From Octopus vulgaris (lineage: Eukaryota), in the NCBI GenBank assembly GCA_951406725.2, contig OX597820.1:47802001-47866000 (forward strand): a DNA stretch of 64,000 nt. Reading direction: 5' to 3'. Of this stretch, positions 41,568 through 55,039 are shown piece after piece; within the stretch, counting starts at the first letter, position 1; every line of letters begins with the position of its first letter. Position numbers and translations under genes: made by a program. Under the pieces are notes generated by a model. That model had not been told where the DNA came from, searched no databases, and saw nothing but the letters and a program-made list of their open reading frames with translations.

Positions 41568-42910
41568 GGCGGCGAGCTGGCAGAATCGTTAGCACGCCGG
41601 GCGAAATGCGTAGCTGTATTTCGGCTGCCGTTACTTTCTGAGTTCAAATTCCGCCGATGTCGACTTTGCCTTTCATCCTTTCGGGGTTGATTAAATAAGT
41701 ACCAGTTACGCACTGGGGTCGATATATAATCGACTTAATCCCTTTGTCTGTTCTTGTTTGTCCTCTCTGTGTTTCGCCCCTTGTGGGTAGTAAAGAAATA
41801 GGTATTTCGTCTGCCGTTACGTTCTGAGTTCAAATTCTACCGAGGTCGACTTTGCCTTTGATCCTTTCGGGGTGGATAAATTAAGTACCAGTTACGCACT
41901 GGGGTCAATGTAATCGACTTAATCCGTTTGTCTGTCCTTCTTTGTCCCCTCTATGTTTAGCCCCTTGTGGGTAGTAAAGAAATAAGTATTTTGTCTGCCG
42001 TTACGTTCTGAGTTCAAATTCCGCCGAGGTCAACTTTGCTTTTCATCCTTTCGGGGTAGATAAATTAAGTACCAGTTGCGCACTCGGGTCGATGTAATTG
42101 ACTTAATCCTTTGCCTGTGCTTGTTTGTCCCTTTTATGTTTAGCCCCTTGTGGGCAATAAAGAAATAAGTATCGTTAGCATGCCGAGAAAAATGCTTAGC
42201 GGCATTTCATCCGTCTGCACGTTCTGAGTTCAAATTCCGTGGAGGCTAACTTGGCCGTTCATCCCTTTGGGGTCAATAAAACAAGTATCTGTTGAATGCT
42301 GGGGTGGGTCTAACCGATTTCCACCTTCCCTAAACTTGCTGGCTATATGCCAAAATTAGAAACCAGTATTTCGGTTCCTTATATTCCGGTTCCTCACATT
42401 TTGATTTCAAATCCAGTTAGCTTTGCCTTTTCATTCTTCTGGCGTCGATAAAATAGGTACGGGTTGTGCACTGTTGTCGATGTTATTCACTCCTTTGCCT
42501 CCTCAAAATTCCTGGCCTTCTCCCAAAATCTGAAGCCATTATTATCAATTAATATAGGAGTTCAAACGATAAGGCAGCAAGCTGACACGCCGGACAAATT
42601 GCTCTTTACGTTCTGATTTCATATTCCGCTGATGTCGACTTTGCCTTTTACCCTCTCGGAATGGATAAGTACCAGTTGAATATTGGGGTTGATTTAATCA
42701 ATTTACCCCCACCCCGAACTTGCTGGGTTTGTGCCAAAGTTTGAAACCAATATAGGCTCGTAGAACAGCAAATGATTAGAGCGACTGACATAATACCTTT
42801 TTTATTTGTTCCGGCTCTCTAGATTTTTGAGTTCAAACAATGCCTGAATCAGTTTTGCTATTAATCGTACACAAAGTACGAGTTAAGCTCTCGAGGGATT
42901 TAATCGATTA
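41568..42910 (+). repeat. Tandem array of SINE family C units, about 185-bp period
   Basis: ttctgagttcaaattc core at about 41636, 41822, 42006 and 42222, then diverged copies. Confidence 0.85.
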
Positions 42911-42913
42911 ACG

Positions 42914-42972
42914 TAGAGGTTCCCAACCTGGGGTCCGCGGCTCCCTGGTGGTCCGCAAAGGAAGTACTGAGG
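42914..42972 (+). mobile_element. hAT (Charlie-like) terminal fragment
   Basis: tagaggttcccaacctggggtccgcgg resembles hAT MITE ends. Confidence 0.5.
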
Positions 42973-42974
42973 GT

Positions 42975-43169
42975 ACTAGCGGGGAATTTATCAGAGCCTA
43001 CAGCAGAATAGTACTTGACCTTTTTTATGTTGGGAATCAACTTCGTTCCCTTCTCTTACGTTAATATCAATGGGATCACTACAGACAGGGCAGTATTGTT
43101 TCTGCAGTATTTTTGCCATTTCTTTAGCATCGTGTATGGGAAGATAGCGGTTCTATACTTATTTGCATA
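42975..43169 (-). mobile_element. Duplicate of the 5' end of the CR1-group LINE at 47672-47867
   Basis: Colinear high similarity and the same breakpoint (ttatttgcata). Confidence 0.85.
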
Positions 43170-43194
43170 TAAATTTCATATATATATATATATA

Positions 43195-43269
43195 TATTTC
43201 TGGATGTTTTGTTGTCACCTTTTTGTACCACCTAACTATCTGGATGTTTTGCGTTCTTGTCCCATTTTC

Positions 43270-43321
<52 letters not shown>

Positions 43322-43893
43322 CGGCGTACGTAGACTTTGGCCTCTTATATATCTTTCTTTCTGTCAGCCCTTTCATGCTTATTCTTTCATTCCACACTTC
43401 GTTCTTTCGTTCCCCCTCTCTCACATTTCCCTGCCTTCTGCTCAGGCTCACTTTCCCTCCTCTTTTCACTTCACTGTGTCCCTGTCATTTTTTTCCCGCC
43501 TCTCCTTAATTCTTGTGTTCTCTCTGCCTCTAGCTCTCTCTCTTCTCTCCCAACGTGACCGGTGTACGGCCAAGCCTGATCTTTCTTTCTCGGTTCGGCC
43601 GTCGTCCGTGCAACATCTATATTCCTCCCTCTGCCTGTGAAATCTTGTATCCCTGCCGTAAGGCCTTATTTCTACACACGCCAGCGTAATTTAATTCATT
43701 CTTAGTCGAAAGAGACGTTGTTATGTCCTGTTACTTGTATTTGTGTAACATTCTCCGTTTTTCTCCGTCCTTGATTTCGTATACATTCGCTGCTTTCTTC
43801 CAAGGAATCTAATGTTCTTAGCTTAGTTTTTCCTTGGGGCTGGCCAGATTGGAGCAATCTCGAGTATAACCAGCCGAAATTGCAAAGATAATG
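43195..43893 (+). mobile_element. Unclassified TA-associated repeat, possibly a Penelope-like terminal region; related to 52518-52645
   Basis: Shares gccgaaattgc.aagataat and gatgttttgcgttcttgtc.catttt with the reverse complement of 52518-52645. Confidence 0.5.
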
Positions 43894-44403
43894 GCGATGA
43901 ACCCACCGCAAATAGCTCTTCATTGCCGCTGACTTGTTCACACGCTTCAACAATTCTTTGAAGATATCCTTGGTCACGAATCTTTTCAGAATATACAAGG
44001 TATTTAATGAAGCTCCAGAAGAAAAGGTGAACGCGACGGCCAAGTCATCTCCCTTTAAAATGTTCATTCAGAAAATCACGAGTCTGTAATACATAATAGG
44101 ACGGAGACCCGTCCTGCTGAAAACAGACAGGATTTCCTCTTCCAAATGAAAGCACGTGAGACGTCATCTTGTTGCCAAGCATGTCCAGATACGAATCACC
44201 TGTCACAGAGCCCTCAAAATAAAATAGTCTAGTTACTTGATTGTGCCAAATCGCACAACATTACCTTGCCTCCTGCCTTGTTGATTATCTACCTCCATCC
44301 AATGAGGATTTGTTTGTGAGTAATATCGGGAGAGATAATAAAAAAGAGAATGTTAGCAATTTCATATATTGCAGGATCGTGCATGACTTCATGGCCACAC
44401 TGT
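43894..44403 (-). mobile_element. Tc1/mariner-superfamily transposase remnant (DD41D/rosa-like)
   Basis: YFEGSVTGDSYLDML, FQQDGSPS, RDFLNEHFKGR*LGR, FFWSFIKYLVY; TA+CAGTG end at about 44403. Confidence 0.7.
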
Positions 44404-44422
44404 AGACTTTTATTATAAAAGA

Positions 44423-45250
44423 CGACGAGCAAGAAAAATCGTTACCGCTCTGGACGAAATGCTTGGCGGCATTTCTTCTGTCTCCCTACGACCTAAGTTC
44501 AAATTCTGCCGAGGTTGACTGTAGCTTTTATTCTTTCGGAAATAATAGAATAAATACCGAATGAATAGTAGGGTCTATGAAATCGACTTACCCTTCTCCT
44601 AAAGTTGCTACCCTTTGAAACCATTATTATAAACTAATATAGGGCGGCGAGCTGGCAGAATCGTTAGTACCCCTGGCGAAGTGCTTAGCGGTATTTCGTC
44701 TGCCGCTACGCCCTGAGTTCAAATTCCGCCGAGGTCGATTTTGCCTTTCATCATTTCGGCGTCGATAAATTAAGTACCAGTTGTGTACTGGCATCGATCT
44801 AATCGACTGGCCCCATAACCCAAAATTTCAGGCCTTGTGCCTATAATAGAAAGGATTATTATAAGCTAATATTTCAACTGAATGCTGATCCCGTCAAGGT
44901 CACCTTTGCTTTTCTTCCTTCCGGATCGATAACATAACGAACTCGTGAAGCACTCGGGTCGATGGTATCAACTAATTTCTTCGCTCAAAATTGCTTGTGC
45001 TGTTCCTAAACTGGAAACTATTATCATAAACTGACATATGGTAGAATCGGTAGCAAGCCGAGCAAAAGACTAAACCTTCTGTCTGTCTTTACTTTCTGAG
45101 TTCAAATTCCGCCGAGTTTGACTTTGCCTTTCATCCTTTCGGGATCGATAAAATAAAATACCACGCAAATACATGGACTATGTAATCGACTTAAAACTTT
45201 CCCATCAAAATTACTGGCCTTGCGTTAAAATTAGAAAGAACTATTATGTA
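44423..45250 (+). repeat. Second cluster of SINE family C units
   Basis: About four units; best preserved at 44642-44860. Confidence 0.8.
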
Positions 45251-45346
45251 AGCACTTATAGTCCGGCAAAACAGATAATCCGGCACAAGTCTGGAACAAA
45301 GTTTGCTGAAACTGTGTCGACACTCTCACACAGACACACACACATA

Positions 45347-45389
<43 letters not shown>

Positions 45390-46104
45390 CTATAGAGACA
45401 ATACATTATGGTGTGTGAATGATGCAGCGTAAAAAGTGTGGTTCATGGGACTCCTTATTCGTTCCAATTCTATAAGCAATGATTCCATCATGCTCCATAG
45501 GTTGTTTTATCCATATACACCCAATTTAACGGGACTAGGAATTAGGAAATAAACAATAGATGGAAAAGAAAAAACAAAACAAAAAGAAAAATAAAAACAA
45601 GGAAAAAGTAAGAAAAAAACACCCCAAAAATACTGCTGTCATGTGAGATCAGAGTTGTTTGAAATTTCGGCGATCTTATCTTTTTAGTCCGGAAAAATCT
45701 ACTTGTAGAATTTTCGGACGTAAACATCTTTAGAGATTTTGAGCAACATGGAAGTAGAGAGAAGCAGATATAAAGAGAGACAGTAAGCGAGCGAGCAAAA
45801 GAAAGAAAGAGAGAGAGAAAGAAAGAGTGAGAGAAGGAGAGAGAGAGGGGGAGAGAGAAAACGAGAAAATGAGTATGCGTGGGAAAGAGAAAAGGAAGGG
45901 AGAGAAAATTCTTGAGAATATCTAAAGAATTCAGAAAATAATTATTTTTAGGCTTTTCAATCTTTGGCTAGCGTATTTATAAGACGAAATAACTACTGTA
46001 AAGCATACGAGCAAATGTGAAGTTAGATACAAACACTTTTAAAACCCTACTGCATTGCTTTCTTAATTCATTAAAATCCTATATATAATATAAATACTGC
46101 TCAT

Positions 46105-47867
46105 AAAACTTAGATAAAACTTAGATATGTTTCGACCAAAGATTGGTACAGGCCATGTCTAATTTAATAGCACCGCTTGATAGCATTATCTAAATCCTTT
46201 TTAAGTCAAGTTTTGTTTATGGTCCATTCAAGTAGTGAGTTCTTGTTGAGTGAGTTGTATCGAGGTAGGGGTGGCTTATCTGGTATTCCTTGAAGAAATC
46301 TGTCCAGACTCCGTTTAAAGGTGATGGGATCCTTTTCCTCTTTAATCAGTTTTGGGACAAGGCCTGTTGAGGAAAAGAAATAATGCCGCAGTTTACCTAT
46401 ATGTTGTGATCCTGAATTGTGCAGTGGACGTATGGCCCGTGGTCCCAGTTTTAGATGAACCTTGAAACTAATGTTCAGACCGTTTGAGAAATTCTGGAGG
46501 TATATTCTCCACATCGTGCAAATGATGTACCGCTCACGGCGGCGCTGGAGAGAGTAGAGTTTCAAGGCTTTAAGGCAGTCTCAGTAATTGAGATCAGTCA
46601 TGCCTTCAATTTGTTTAGTGAGTGCCCTCTGGGGTGGTTCAATCCTCGAGATGTTTTGTTTTGTATGGGGAGACCACAAGGGGCAGCAGTATTCGAGGTG
46701 TGGTCATACAAAGGAGGAGAAAAGTGGAATGATGACACATTGTTATCTGAACCGGAATGTCATCCTACGAACTTTATCGACTTTATTGTTGATGTGGGCA
46801 CTCCAACTGTGATTGTTACCAACAATCACACCCAGATCTCTGATATTATTAGATGTCGTGAGCGGTTCCCCAGAAGAAAGGGAGTATAGCTGTTTTAGTA
46901 TAGACTTTCTTCCAAAATGCATTAGCTCAAATTTTCCATCGTTCAGTTGCATTTTGTTTTTGTCTGCCCATTAACTCACAGCATATAGATCAGACTGGAT
47001 CTGAGTACGGTCTTCTTCTTCATTGATGATTTTCTGGAGATTAGTGTCATCAACAAATATTTTCACTTTGCAGTAATTTACGACGCTGGAAAGATCATTT
47101 ATGTAAATTATAAAGAGGAGCGGGCCCAAGACAGTCCCCTGAGGGACACCACTGATGACTTTTGCTGGGCTTGAGTGAACTCCATCAACCACAACTTCAT
47201 GTGTTCGATTCGCCAGGAAATAATCCAGTGTAGAAGTTTTCCACGGATTACATTTGCCAATTTTGAGAGTATAATATTATGGCCAACCTTGTCGAACGCT
47301 TTACTGAAGTCAAGATATATGACATCAGAGTTCGAACCTATTCCCAAGGCTTTAAGTATATCTTCAATGTGGGGTAAGAGCTGTGTTAGACAGTCCCTGC
47401 CACAGGAGAAGCCATGCTGATTTGTATTTAGGAGTTTGTGGGTCTCCAGGAAGTCAGCTATCCTTGATTTTACCACTCTTTCAAACACTTTAATGATGTG
47501 GGAGGTGAGTGAGATTGGGCGATAGTTGACTGTGAGGGATCTGTTTCCCTATTTGAAAACCCGGATGACAGACTGGGATAGGAGCTGTTTCTGTATATAA
47601 CCTGAGTCTAAATAATTCCTCCAGAGGTTGGTCAGAAGGACTGCAAGCTGGTGTCTACATTCCTTCAGGGGACTAGCGGGGAATCTATCAGAGCCTACAG
47701 CAGAATAGTATTTGTCCTTATTTTATGTTGGGAATCACCTTCGTTCGCTTCTCTTACGATAATATCAATGGGATCCCTACAGACAGAGCAGTATTGTTTC
47801 TGTAGTATTTTTGCTATTTCTTTAGCATCGTGTTGTGGAAGACACCGGTTCTATACTTATTTGCATA
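46105..47867 (-). pseudogene. CR1-group LINE, decayed RT and 3' end
   Basis: NYRPISLTSHIIKVFER, QHGF, YLDFSKAFDKV, SGVPQGTVLGPLLFIIYINDL, FVDD, LYSLQRRRERY, IPDKP. Confidence 0.9.
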
Positions 47868-48423
47868 AGAGTCATAGATTTATTTTAACTATTTACTAAT
47901 GTTTTAAAAGACGAGGTCTGACTCAAAATAACATCACGGCTACGATAAGCGGTTTCAAATTCAGGCGAGTTTATTGATTTATGTGACAAAATATCCTAAG
48001 CTACCATCACAATATCAAATGAAAACCTGTTTAGAGATTTATATTTCATGAAAGTTTGCCAAATATGAAACAAAGGCTAAGCGATGGATTTAATGACCAA
48101 GAGAAATTCTGAGAACATTTGAAGCCCTGCAATTTTTTGCTGTTTATCAAACTTTGGAAAGAACATTATATCTCCTATTTAGCTATAAGCAACGTGAACA
48201 AATTATTAAGGAAACTGAATGATATGAATTGTGTGTCATTTTTAATTCATTCCTGTTCGCGTATATGCACGCAGCCGCGTGAGCGCATGTGCACACATTC
48301 AAAAATACGCACGGGCGTTCATAGATTTAGATATACGTCTACTTATTCCCATATATTAATCAGTTTGTCTCTCTCTTTCTACAATTTATCTATTTATCTC
48401 TGTATATGCGTATGGGTGCGTAC

Positions 48424-48458
<35 letters not shown>

Positions 48459-48505
48459 AATCTATCTATCTATCTATCTATCTATGTCTGTCAGTCTGTA
48501 TCTTT

Positions 48506-48622
<117 letters not shown>

Positions 48623-48826
48623 GTATATATAAATATATGTGTATATATATATATATATATATAGACAAATTATACATATATATCTATCTCTATACACACA
48701 CATACACACGTATATATTCATTTAGAAATTCTACATGCATATCTATACACATACATGTATAATATGCACAACACAAACATGCATACAAAATATGAATTAT
48801 TACATACATATATATATATGAATGTA

Positions 48827-48954
<128 letters not shown>

Positions 48955-49329
48955 TGTATATATATATATATAGCCACATACACACACACACTAGCAAAAC
49001 TATGCGTGAGTATGTGAATGTTAATTTGATGCCTTCGTTTGGAAAATCCTTCCAGAAGAAGGGGTGAGAGAGAAAGAGATAGAGAGAGAGAGAGGGAGAG
49101 TGAGAGAGAAAGAAAGAGAGAGAGAGAGAGCAGTGAGGAGACCGAAGTGAGAGTGCTATGTCGATGTAATTAGTAAGACAGGTACAGAAAGAATATGGAG
49201 AGTGATGGAAATATTGACAGTATGCATGGATGGCTGGAGGCGATATATCTAGAGACGACAGATAGAGACATACAGAGAAAGCGAGCTATCAATACATACA
49301 TACATACATACATACACACACACACATAT

Positions 49330-49439
<110 letters not shown>

Positions 49440-49659
49440 TATCTATATGTATGTATGTGTGTGTATGCGTGTGCTTATATATGTGGTTAGGGAGAGAAAG
49501 AGTGGAAAAGGTGGCAGAGGGTGGACGTATATACAGCAAGACACCAGTTGAATGAAGCTGACATGTTGATTCATTCATAAGCCGAAAGCTTTAGTCTTAA
49601 ATTAAGGTATTTCCTGCGTCAATCCGATATGACTAATTCTCCAGTGTCAACAACGGCCG

Positions 49660-51180
49660 CTTACCCCCTCCTCCTCCTTCTACTTCTTTTTCTTCTTCTT
49701 CTTCTTCTTCTTCTTTTTCTTCTTCTTCTTCTTCTTCTTCTTCTTCTTCTTCTTTTTCTTCTTCTTCTTCTTCTTCTCTTCCCCCCCTGCTCCCCGCCAC
49801 ACCATAACACTAATACTTTTATTGCTTTCATCACTACCACTATAACTGCTGTCAACACGCCCAGTAACACCGCCTACACTATAGCGAGCATCATAATCCC
49901 CACAACCACAAATACCACCACCACCACCACCACCACCACCACCACCACCACCACCATGGTCATGACGAAGATGTCCACTGCCACCACGACCATGACCACT
50001 GCGGTGCCCACCATCACCACCACCACCACCGCCGCCAACACCATCACCACCTCCACAACCACCACCACCACCATCACCTCCACTACTACATGCCCCACCA
50101 TCTCAACCACCACACTACCATCACCAACACCAACACCACAATTACCACCACCTCCACATTAACACAATCTCCACAATTACTACCGCCACCACCACCACCA
50201 CCACCACCATACCACCATCATCACCCCCACCCACTACTACTATGACCATCAGCATTACTGTCTTACCACCAATATCCTAACTAATAACAACAGCAACATC
50301 ACCAATACCATCAACCACCAGGCCCAAAATACTGCCAACACCACCACCGCCACCACTACCAATATCATCGCAATCCGCCACCACTACCACAATCGGCACC
50401 ACCTACGCAAAAATCATAGCAACACCTGCAACGACAAACCCTATCACAAATATCGCCACCACCACCACAACCACCACCACCATCACCACCATAATCACCA
50501 CCAACACCAACAACACGACGAAGTCGACGACAACGACGATGACCACCACCACCGCCGCCACTAAAACCATAACAACCACTATTCTTGTCATCACCTGCCC
50601 AACGTTCACTAGCATAAGTAGCACCACCGCAACCACTATCATCAGCGTAAGCAGTAGCAGCAGCACCACCACCATCACCACACAACCACCAAAACTGCCC
50701 CAACAACCATAACGACCAGCACTACCACCACAAACGCCATTACTACCACCACCACACCGCAACTATCCCTAGCATTACAACCACCACAACCTCCATAACT
50801 ACCACAACCCCCACAACCACAACAACCACCACAACCACCCCAAGTACCATCACCCCAACCATCTACACCACAGCCACCACAACCACCACAACCTCCACAA
50901 TCATCACGACGACGACAACCACCAGCACCACCGCCGCCACCACCATGATTCATACAACTATCATCTCCACATTGCAATCAACACATTTCTAATACCACCA
51001 CTACCAATAATATCGCTACCAAAACTACTTACTTTCACCTAACCACCCCCCACCTGGAACAACACCATCCGCTACAGCAAAATCTACCAACTATACTCTA
51101 CACCACAACGACCACCACCACGAACACCACCACCGCCGCCACCACCACCACCGCCACCACCACCACCACCACCAACTCTG
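49660..51180. repeat. (CTT)n followed by a long degenerate (ACC)n low-complexity tract
   Basis: Direct inspection; stops in the Thr-rich frames. Confidence 0.85.
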
Positions 51181-51783
51181 TTACTAGTTCTGTCTTCGCC
51201 ACGCCATACCTTATGCTAATCACAAAGCTCTTGAAGAATTATGACCATTATTGAAAATTACTGTAAAACTGCCAACTGTACAAAGTTCAAAAGAGCTCGG
51301 CCAGCGGAAACCTTTGAACTGATTCTGTCTGCATCTCTGTCTGTCTCTCTGCTTGACTGTCCGTCTGTGTTCCGCTTTCTCTTTCTGTCTCAATTTCTCC
51401 CTCTCTCTCTCTCTCTCTCTTTGCCTATCTATGCACCTGTCTATCTGTCTGTTTCTCTATATGTCCGTCTCTCTGTCTTCACGTCCGTCCTTCTACTTGT
51501 TTCTCCGTGTCCGTCGGTCTGCAGCTCTATCAGTTTGCCTGCATGTTTAGTAGATATATAATGAGAGATGATTTGTGCGTATTCTTTCGTTTGTACATTT
51601 TCCTATATGTATGTGTTTTCTTTTTTGTGCTCCTGTTTCCTTGTATGTATGCACGTATGTACGTGTCAATGTATGCGTACGTGCGTGTCTGTGTATGTAT
51701 CTGTGTGAGTGTATGCCTGTGTGTATATCTTTATGTGTGTATTATCTATCTATCTATCTATCCATCCATCCATCCATCCATCC

Positions 51784-51840
<57 letters not shown>

Positions 51841-51880
51841 ACTATCTATCTATCTACCTATCTAACTATCTATCTATCTG

Positions 51881-51929
<49 letters not shown>

Positions 51930-51941
51930 ATATACATACAT

Positions 51942-52091
51942 AGGCGCAGGAGTGGCTGCGTGGTTAGTAGCTGGCTTACCAACCACATTGTTCCGGTTTC
52001 AGTCACACTGCGTGGCACCTTGGGCAAGTGTCTTCTACTATAGCTTCAGGCCGACCAAAACCTTGTGACGGAAACTGAAAGAAGCCCGTCG

Positions 52092-52152
<61 letters not shown>

Positions 52153-52363
52153 TTGTGTGTCTGTGTTTGTCCCCCAACATCCATTGACAACCGATGGTGG
52201 TGTGTTTACGTCCACGTCACTAATCGGCTCGGCAAAATAGACCGATATAATAAGTACTAGGCTTACAAAGAATAAGTCCTGGGGTCGATTTCGCATAAAA
52301 GCGGTGCTCCAGCATGGCCGCAGTCAATTGAGTGAAACAAGTAAATGAGTAAAGAGAAAAGAG
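51942..52363 (+). mobile_element. SINE family B
   Basis: Head through tail present. Confidence 0.9.
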
Positions 52364-52455
52364 AGTATACACACACTCACGCGCGCGTATATCCATACAT
52401 GCATGCCTACATACATACATATATACATACATACATACATACATACATACATACA

Positions 52456-52491
<36 letters not shown>

Positions 52492-52710
52492 CATTTATAT
52501 ACACACATATATATATATAATACAAAATGAGACAAGAACGCAAAACATCTGGACAGCTAGGTGATACAAAAATAGATACACGATACAAAGAAAACAAGAA
52601 TGGGTCAATCGAAGCCCACTATCCTCAGTCAAGCACCAGATTATCTTCGCAATTTCGGCTCATTATATATATATATGTGTGTGTGTATGTGTATGTGTAT
52701 GTGTGTGTGT

Positions 52711-52751
<41 letters not shown>

Positions 52752-52924
52752 GAAAAGGAATATGGAGATTGGGAAGTTAATTGTTTATCATTAACCGCAA
52801 ATTAATCACACACACACACACATATTTATATATAATTAATCATATATATACCTATTTATCTATTTATCATATATCTATCTATCTACCTACCTGCCAACTT
52901 CTCTCTCTCTCTCTATTTTGTTGT

Positions 52925-53825
52925 ACTGTAGAAAGGGTAAAATGTCAGACACAATATTTCCTACAATGTACCGCTCCTTTAATCAATGCACCTGACCAAA
53001 TGAACTTCAATCTGTTTTTGGTTAATGTGAGAATGGAATATATCCTCAGGAATACCACTGTGCTCTTGCCAATGTATCACGATGTGGTAATAATTTAAAG
53101 GAACATTATGCATATCATCGGCGAAGAATTTTCAGACAACTTATGAAAGCTACCGACAAGGAGAATAAACATACAGTTAAGGACCCTATGGGGTGAATAT
53201 AGCTACGTCATGAGTAGAAGTGAAGCTCTCAACTTTGAACGGTACTTGGAAATATTTGGTTAGCCTCGGTTTGTGACTTTACATGTTTTCCACAAACAGA
53301 AAATCTACATTAATTACGAAATGATATTCTGACAAAAATATACAGTATTTGAAGAAGTCATAAACGATGATGTGGTTGAGTTACTAGTCTCTGGTAGAGA
53401 AAGTCTATCTAACGAAGATCTAGAAAAAGAGCCAGCAGAAAATATAGACAAGAATATGAAAATTCCATCAATTTTCTTACATTAATTGCAAAGAATATTG
53501 CACCACTGCCTTTTTTACACAGTAAAAATCTTTTGTGGTAACAACGTATCTTATGATATATTGATTGTTACTTATTCCCTGATGTATTTCTCTTCAAATG
53601 TTTTCATCTATAATATGGAAATTGTTAGTTTCAAGCATGAATGTGGTCGTGCAGCATCTTGTTGTTGTTACTTATTTCGGAAAAATAGAAACAAAAGCCG
53701 TCGAAACACAATATTACTTCATGGCATGAAAAATCAATGGGAAAATTCATTTCTCTTTACGGGACACCCCCTTACAATAAGATTTCCAGGAAAGCAAAAC
53801 TCGCGTAAAGCAGGAAATTCCTGCA
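52925..53825 (+). mobile_element. Tigger/pogo-like transposon remnant
   Basis: NAPD, TTVLLPMYHDVV (like TSLIQPMDQGVI), EEVINDDVVELL...LSNEDL. Confidence 0.6.
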
Positions 53826-53977
53826 CCCCGCTACACACAAACACACACACAGTCATATATACATATATGTGTGTATATATGTGTATATGAGTATATATAT
53901 ACATAAATACATGCACATCTATACACACACAAACACACATATATAGATATAATATATATATATATATTTTATATATA

Positions 53978-54370
53978 TTCTTTTATTCTTTTACTTGTTT
54001 CAGTCATTTGACTGCGGCCATGCTGGAGCACCACCTTTTAGTCGAGCAACTCGACCCCGGGACTTATTCTTTTGTAAGCCCAGTACTTATTCTATCGGTC
54101 CCTTTTGCCGAACCGCTAAGTTACGGGGACGTAAACACACCAGCATCGGTTGTCAAGCGATGTTGGGGGGACAAACACAGACACACAAACATATACACAT
54201 ACACATACATATATATACATATATACGACGGGCTTCTTTCAGTTTCCGTCTACCAAATCCACTCACAAGGCTTTGGTCGGCCCGAGGCTATAGTAGAAGA
54301 CACTTGCCCAAGGTGCCACGCAGTGGGACTGAACCCGGAACCATGTGGTTGGTAAACAAGCTACTTACCA

Positions 54371-54373
<3 letters not shown>
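53978..54373 (-). mobile_element. SINE family B (well preserved)
   Basis: Reverse complement close to other B copies. Confidence 0.9.
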
Positions 54374-54421
<48 letters not shown>

Positions 54422-54432
54422 TATATATATAT

Positions 54433-54586
54433 ATCACCGTGATCGACCAGGCTATCAGATGTTGCTACACATCGATGTTCACAATGCGCCTCGCATTGTT
54501 TTAACCTTCAAATGACGCCATCCCGCTGGCTAAGCGAGCAGGCCAACAGAAGAAAGAGTGAGAGAAAGTTGTGGCGAAAGAGTACT
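54433..54586 (-). mobile_element. 3' half of SINE family A, tail type 2
   Basis: Reverse complement of 57533-57685. Confidence 0.85.
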
Positions 54587-54920
54587 TCATTTTTGTTATC
54601 TATTCCTTCTGTTTCGCATATATGAATTACAGGGTATGTCGTGTGGAGAGCCCCACTTATAGAAAATAGAAATAAACAGTCTTGACTGCCATTTCTAATT
54701 TTTCGGTATGCGGCCAAGCAACCTATTGCCTGTCCCTTTTTATTATATACAGTATATATATATATATATATATATATACACTTATGCATGTACATATATA
54801 TATGTGTGTATAGAAGGGCTTATAATCCAAGGTGTGAAGTATTTTGTTTTTATATATATACACACACACACATATACACACTCACACACACACACAAACA
54901 TACACACATGCACACACATG

Positions 54921-54974
<54 letters not shown>

Positions 54975-55039
54975 TATATGTGTAAACTTACTGTTGACAA
55001 AAGCTGCGTTGTGTTCAATTATAAGTAAATGAAAATACA

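Noticed and set aside
41568-42910. CRISPR-like regular repeats
   Set aside because: Whole 185-bp units repeat with no unique spacers; eukaryotic SINE-derived
46118-46160. GAAACATATCTA hairpin at the CR1 3' end
   Set aside because: No CUGANGA partner; likely an ordinary LINE 3' stem-loop
49629-51180. Thr/Pro-rich mucin-like ORFs
   Set aside because: Degenerate (ACC)n tract with stops and frame changes; no convincing splice context, though a mucin exon cannot be fully excluded
52595-52632. Minus-strand CTGAGGA...CGATTG possible hammerhead
   Set aside because: GAAA absent and stems not supported in this copy
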